From the NCBI GenBank assembly GCA_963787755.1, contig CAWBEG010000001.1, positions 132,075 through 196,074 on the forward strand: 64,000 nt of DNA. Direction: 5' to 3'. Shown here one piece after another: positions 60,903 through 64,000 of the stretch. The DNA is from Vicinamibacterales bacterium (GTDB lineage Bacteria; Acidobacteriota; Vicinamibacteria; Vicinamibacterales; JAMQPK01). Positions within the stretch are counted from its first letter, which is position 1. The number at the start of each line of letters is the position of its first letter. The notes beneath the pieces are model-generated. The model searched no databases and was not told where the DNA came from. It worked only from the letters and a program-made list of their open reading frames with translations. The position numbers and the translations under genes are program-made.

Positions 60903-61440
60903 ATGTGGCCCCCGGGCTTCCACTATCGCGAGGACTTCATCACGGACGCGGATGAGCGAGTCCTCCTCGAAGCGATCGCTGATGTCGCATTTTCGGATTT
61001 CGAGATGCGCGGTGTCGTCGCTCGGCGGCGAGTGGCGTTCTTCGGCCAGTCGTACGACCGGGCAGCAGCTGGGCCGCTTCCAGCGTTCTTGTTGCCGTTG
61101 CGCGCAAAAATTGCCCACTGGGCCGGCGTCGATTCCGACGCGTTCGCCATGGCCCTGATCAATGAGTACCGTCCCGGCACGCCCATCGGCTGGCATCGCG
61201 ACGCACCCCAATACGACATCGTCGCCGGGCTCTCGCTCTTGTCGGCCTGTCGAATGAAGTTTCGGCCGTACCGCTCCCCGTTCGGCGCCGACGTCGCCTC
61301 GTCGGTCCGCGACACACGAAATTGTGCTGGACCGTCGATCAGCGTACCTGATGACGGGGGAATCGCGACAGGCGTACGAACATCACATTCCGCCGGTGGC
61401 ACAGTTGCGCTACTCGGTGACGTTTCGAACGCTCCGCTGA
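60903..61440 (+). CDS. alkB: AlkB-like 2OG-Fe(II) dioxygenase; one frame break near 61300
   Basis: ALINEYRPGTPIGWHRDAP (HxD), LSLLSACRMKFRP, then LMTGESRQAYEHHIPPVAQLRYSVTFRTLR in the next frame. Confidence 0.7.
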
Positions 61441-62201
61441 GCGCGCGCGGATAAGCGCGCCGGCGGCCAGGCAACCACGTCTTGTCGCCGTGCGAAGTGC
61501 AACAGCGCTGGCGCACCGTCGAGCGTCAGGTGACTGGCTGCGGCCATGGTGTTCATCGTGATCGTCGCGCGTGCGACCTGGAGGGACCACGGCCGATGGT
61601 GAATGTCCAGGCGGTAAGGATGGCCGCGGCGATTGTGATGGTAGAGACAGTATCGCTCCGTGAGGAAGTACTCGATCGAACCGACGGACGCAGCGAATGG
61701 GGCGCCCGTAGGTTCGTAAGTCGCCTTGAACTGCGCGTGCTGGCGCGTTCGACGCGCACTCTCGTAACGCAGGCCATCGCCACGACGCTCGAGCGTCATG
61801 TCGGCGGTGTAGTAGGGCAGATTGAGAAACGTCCGCGCCGCCGCGACCGCCAGCCAGCGGGCGGCATCAAGGCTGAAAAAGTACACACCAGGCCGATCCG
61901 CCACTCGAACGTAGGTCCGGACATTGAGTTCGGGAAACGCTGAGATCCACGGCAACGCTGGTGTCGCCCGAAGACCAACGTTCGTCATGTGGAACGGCAC
62001 GACTCCCAGCCAAGCCTCACCGTCGAAGAGATCGAGGTCAAAAGCCGCCGGAACCACTCGGCGCACCTCCGACACATCGACGCGCCAGTGGGCAAAGAGC
62101 AGGTCGTGCCACGATTGGGTCATGAGCCACGGTGCGCGTGGCATGGGCCAAGGCCGATGCGCAGTGTTCTCGACGATGGAGTGGTCGAAATCGCCACTCA
62201 T
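61410..62201 (-). CDS. DUF2071-family protein (YqjF-like)
   Basis: WLMTQSWHDLLFAHWRV, GEAWLGVVPFHM, ELNVRTYV and YFFSLDA. Intact 263-aa ORF; the convergent overlap with alkB suggests the true 3' end may be shorter. Confidence 0.65.
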   Translation of the reverse strand: MSGDFDHSIVENTAHRPWPMPRAPWLMTQSWHDLLFAHWRVDVSEVRRVVPAAFDLDLFDGEAWLGVVPFHMTNVGLRATPALPWISAFPELNVRTYVRVADRPGVYFFSLDAARWLAVAAARTFLNLPYYTADMTLERRGDGLRYESARRTRQHAQFKATYEPTGAPFAASVGSIEYFLTERYCLYHHNRRGHPYRLDIHHRPWSLQVARATITMNTMAAASHLTLDGAPALLHFARRQDVVAWPPARLSARAQRSVRNVTE

Positions 62202-62269
62202 CGCCTATTGCGCAGACGAGCGAACTCGAATATCGCGTGATCGCGAGACTTCATACCTGACAGCCAGTC

Positions 62270-63796
62270 TCAATCCGCTTCGGACAGTGGCGCCTCAGCC
62301 GGCCCGGAGATCACGTCGCCGGTCGTCTTGAAGCGTGACCCATGACACGGGCAATCCCATGTCTGCTCGGCCGTGTTCCAGCCCACCGTGCATCCCATGT
62401 GCGTGCAGATGGCGGAGCGGAGCGTGACCGTGCCAGCTGTGTCGCGATACGCCGCGACCTGCGCGCCATTTCGTTCGATGACCTTTCCCTGACCGCGCTT
62501 AACGGCCCGAACAGATTTCGCCTCCGCGCCAGCAAATCGATCGCGAATCAAGTATACGGGTAGTCGATGTTCTGTTTGACGTAGTCCCAGAGGCCGCGGG
62601 TGAGCGCCTTCCGACCGGGATCGAACAGCTCGGTCCACGGATTCGAGCGCCCGAGAACGGCGTCCGAGATCATGATGCCGGCTAGCGTGCCGAACGTCAG
62701 GCCATTGCCGGCGTATCCGGTCGCCGAGTATTGATGATCTGCGCTCTGCCCGATGTACGGGAGCCCATCCGGCGTCTCGATCACCTGCCCCGACCAACGG
62801 TGCGTCAATTCGACTGTTCGGAACAATGGCGCGGAGATGCTCTTCGAGGCGCCGATAGCACGCGTCCGTATCCTCCTGTTGCCCGGTCTTGTGGTCTTCG
62901 CCGCCGAAGATCACCACGTCATAGTCCCGATGCGGCTCGACGCGAACAAACTGGTAGGGGTCAGCCGTGTCCCACCAGAGCGCGTCCGGCACGACACCGC
63001 GCGCGACACGCCCCGCAATCACGTAGCTGGTGTACAGCGCCAGCTTCGTTTGAAACAGGGTGGCGCCAGCCATGCCGCCGAAGCCCACCAAGGGAGTATG
63101 CGTCGCGATGACGACGTCCTCACACGTCACCGTATGTCCATTGGCCTTCACACGGCGCGGGTCGTCGCAGAATTCGTCGGCCTCCGAGTGCTCGTGGATT
63201 CGGCCCCCGAGTGCCACGAACGCCTTCGCCACACCCGCGAGATACTGACGCGGATGGATGCGTGCCTGATCCGCAAAGCGCACGCCCGGTCGGTTCACCA
63301 GCGGAACCGATTCGAGGTATTCCGCATCGAAGCCCAACTCACCCGCCAGCTTCGCGGCGGTCTTGAGATACTCCAGCTGATCACTCGCGTCGTCGCCAAG
63401 CGGCGCGTGGAGGTACCCGTCCACCCACTCGAAGCCCGCGTCGATGTCGTGCTCGCGGACGATGTCGTCAATTCTGGCGATCGCGGCGAGCCCCGCGTCC
63501 CACACCGCTTGCGCATGCGTGCGTCCGAATCCTTTCACCAGGTCGTTGAGGCTGGTGTCGGTCACCATCGTCAGGTGCGCGCTGGTATGTCCCGTGTCAG
63601 TCGCAGCACAACGACCACGTTCGAGCACGATGACGCGTTTACCGGCCTTCGCGAGGAGGTACGCGGCAGTGAGACCGGTGACCCCACCGCCGACGACGAC
63701 AACATCGGCTTCGGCATCGTCGGCAAGCTTGCCAAATTGCGGAAACGTAGTGGACGTCGACCAGTACGGGGTGGTGTCACTCTTGGCGGTGGCCAT
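62270..63796 (-). CDS. FAD-dependent oxidoreductase fused to a C-terminal Rieske [2Fe-2S] domain; two frame breaks (about 62830, about 62550)
   Basis: [22 protein letters not shown] (FAD). Middle patch in ORF 62548..62826 ([16 protein letters not shown]). Rieske CTHMGC...CPCHGS near the C-terminus. Confidence 0.8.
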   Translation of the reverse strand: MATAKSDTTPYWSTSTTFPQFGKLADDAEADVVVVGGGVTGLTAAYLLAKAGKRVIVLERGRCAATDTGHTSAHLTMVTDTSLNDLVKGFGRTHAQAVWDAGLAAIARIDDIVREHDIDAGFEWVDGYLHAPLGDDASDQLEYLKTAAKLAGELGFDAEYLESVPLVNRPGVRFADQARIHPRQYLAGVAKAFVALGGRIHEHSEADEFCDDPRRVKANGHTVTCEDVVIATHTPLVGFGGMAGATLFQTKLALYTSYVIAGRVARGVVPDALWWDTADPYQFVRVEPHRDYDVVIFGGEDHKTGQQEDTDACYRRLEEHLRAIVPNSRIDAPLVGAGDRDAGWAPVHRAERRSSILGDRIRRQWPDVRHASRHHDLGRRSRALESVDRAVRSRSEGAHPRPLGLRQTEHRLPVYLIRDRFAGAEAKSVRAVKRGQGKVIERNGAQVAAYRDTAGTVTLRSAICTHMGCTVGWNTAEQTWDCPCHGSRFKTTGDVISGPAEAPLSEAD

Positions 63797-63835
63797 CCTG
63801 ATCCCTTTCAACGTCGCGACTCCACGCCATGGTCG

Positions 63836-64000
63836 TCACTCGGCGCGCAAAGCCGCCATCGAAAACGTCTGCATCACCAACGCGCGTCGGCGCTGTTCGA
63901 TGGCCTCCCATTGGCGAACGGCCCTCGCTTCGAGTTCCACGAAGTTCATGTCGTCAACAGTCGACGGGACGGTGCGGAGGTTCTGCAGTGCTCGCCACAG
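63836..64000 (-). CDS. Hypothetical protein, C-terminal end only (gene enters from beyond the window end)
   Basis: My minus-strand translation is open to the window edge: ...TVDDMNFVELEARAVRQWEAIEQRRRALVMQTFSMAALRAE, with the stop at 63836-63838. Confidence 0.3.
   Translation of the reverse strand: MWRALQNLRTVPSTVDDMNFVELEARAVRQWEAIEQRRRALVMQTFSMAALRAE

Overview
High-G+C bacterial chromosome segment. The gene content (CarboxypepD_reg-type TonB receptor, LigD, many secreted cupins) suggests an Acidobacteriota-like soil organism, but that is inference only. Layout: (1) 1-22.5 kb is core chromosome: ferredoxin, tRNA-His, a DAACS symporter, LigD, a TonB-dependent receptor, a TAXI solute-binding protein, an OmpR-type two-component pair, HrpB, Dcp, ArgG, then a tRNA-Arg/Arg/Lys cluster. 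(2) About 22.5-55.8 kb is visibly AT-richer accessory DNA. It reads as two tandem genomic islands inserted between tRNA-Lys and a now-truncated convergent tRNA-Pro. They are delimited by repeats of TTCTTAGGAAA(T) plus the tRNA-Pro 3' end at 22.52, 42.43 and 55.72 kb. Island 1 carries an integrase/excisionase/P-loop replication-like module, an XRE switch region, many small hydrophilic stress-type proteins, a HEPN-motif protein, a HIRAN protein and an orphan HerA/FtsK-like ATPase with an unrecognisable 390-aa N-terminal domain. That ATPase is my best candidate for an undescribed defence-type gene. Island 2 carries mobile-element debris, a HopA1-like gene, a galactofuranose (glf) cluster, a Crp regulator and a GIY-YIG protein. 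(3) 55.8-64 kb returns to core-like genes: GAF-PP2C phosphatase, a PAS histidine kinase translationally coupled to an RsbQ-like hydrolase, DUF72, AlkB, DUF2071 and an FAD/Rieske oxidoreductase. Two window-wide features stand out. First, a recurrent class of long intergenic hairpins has arms made of tandem 7-8 nt units, with a different unit at every locus. Second, reading-frame breaks are extremely dense: most genes over 600 nt are split across 2-6 frames while keeping conserved protein sequence on both sides. This points to indel-rich consensus sequence rather than true pseudogenes. All coordinates of frameshifted genes are composite spans of the ORF-track pieces.
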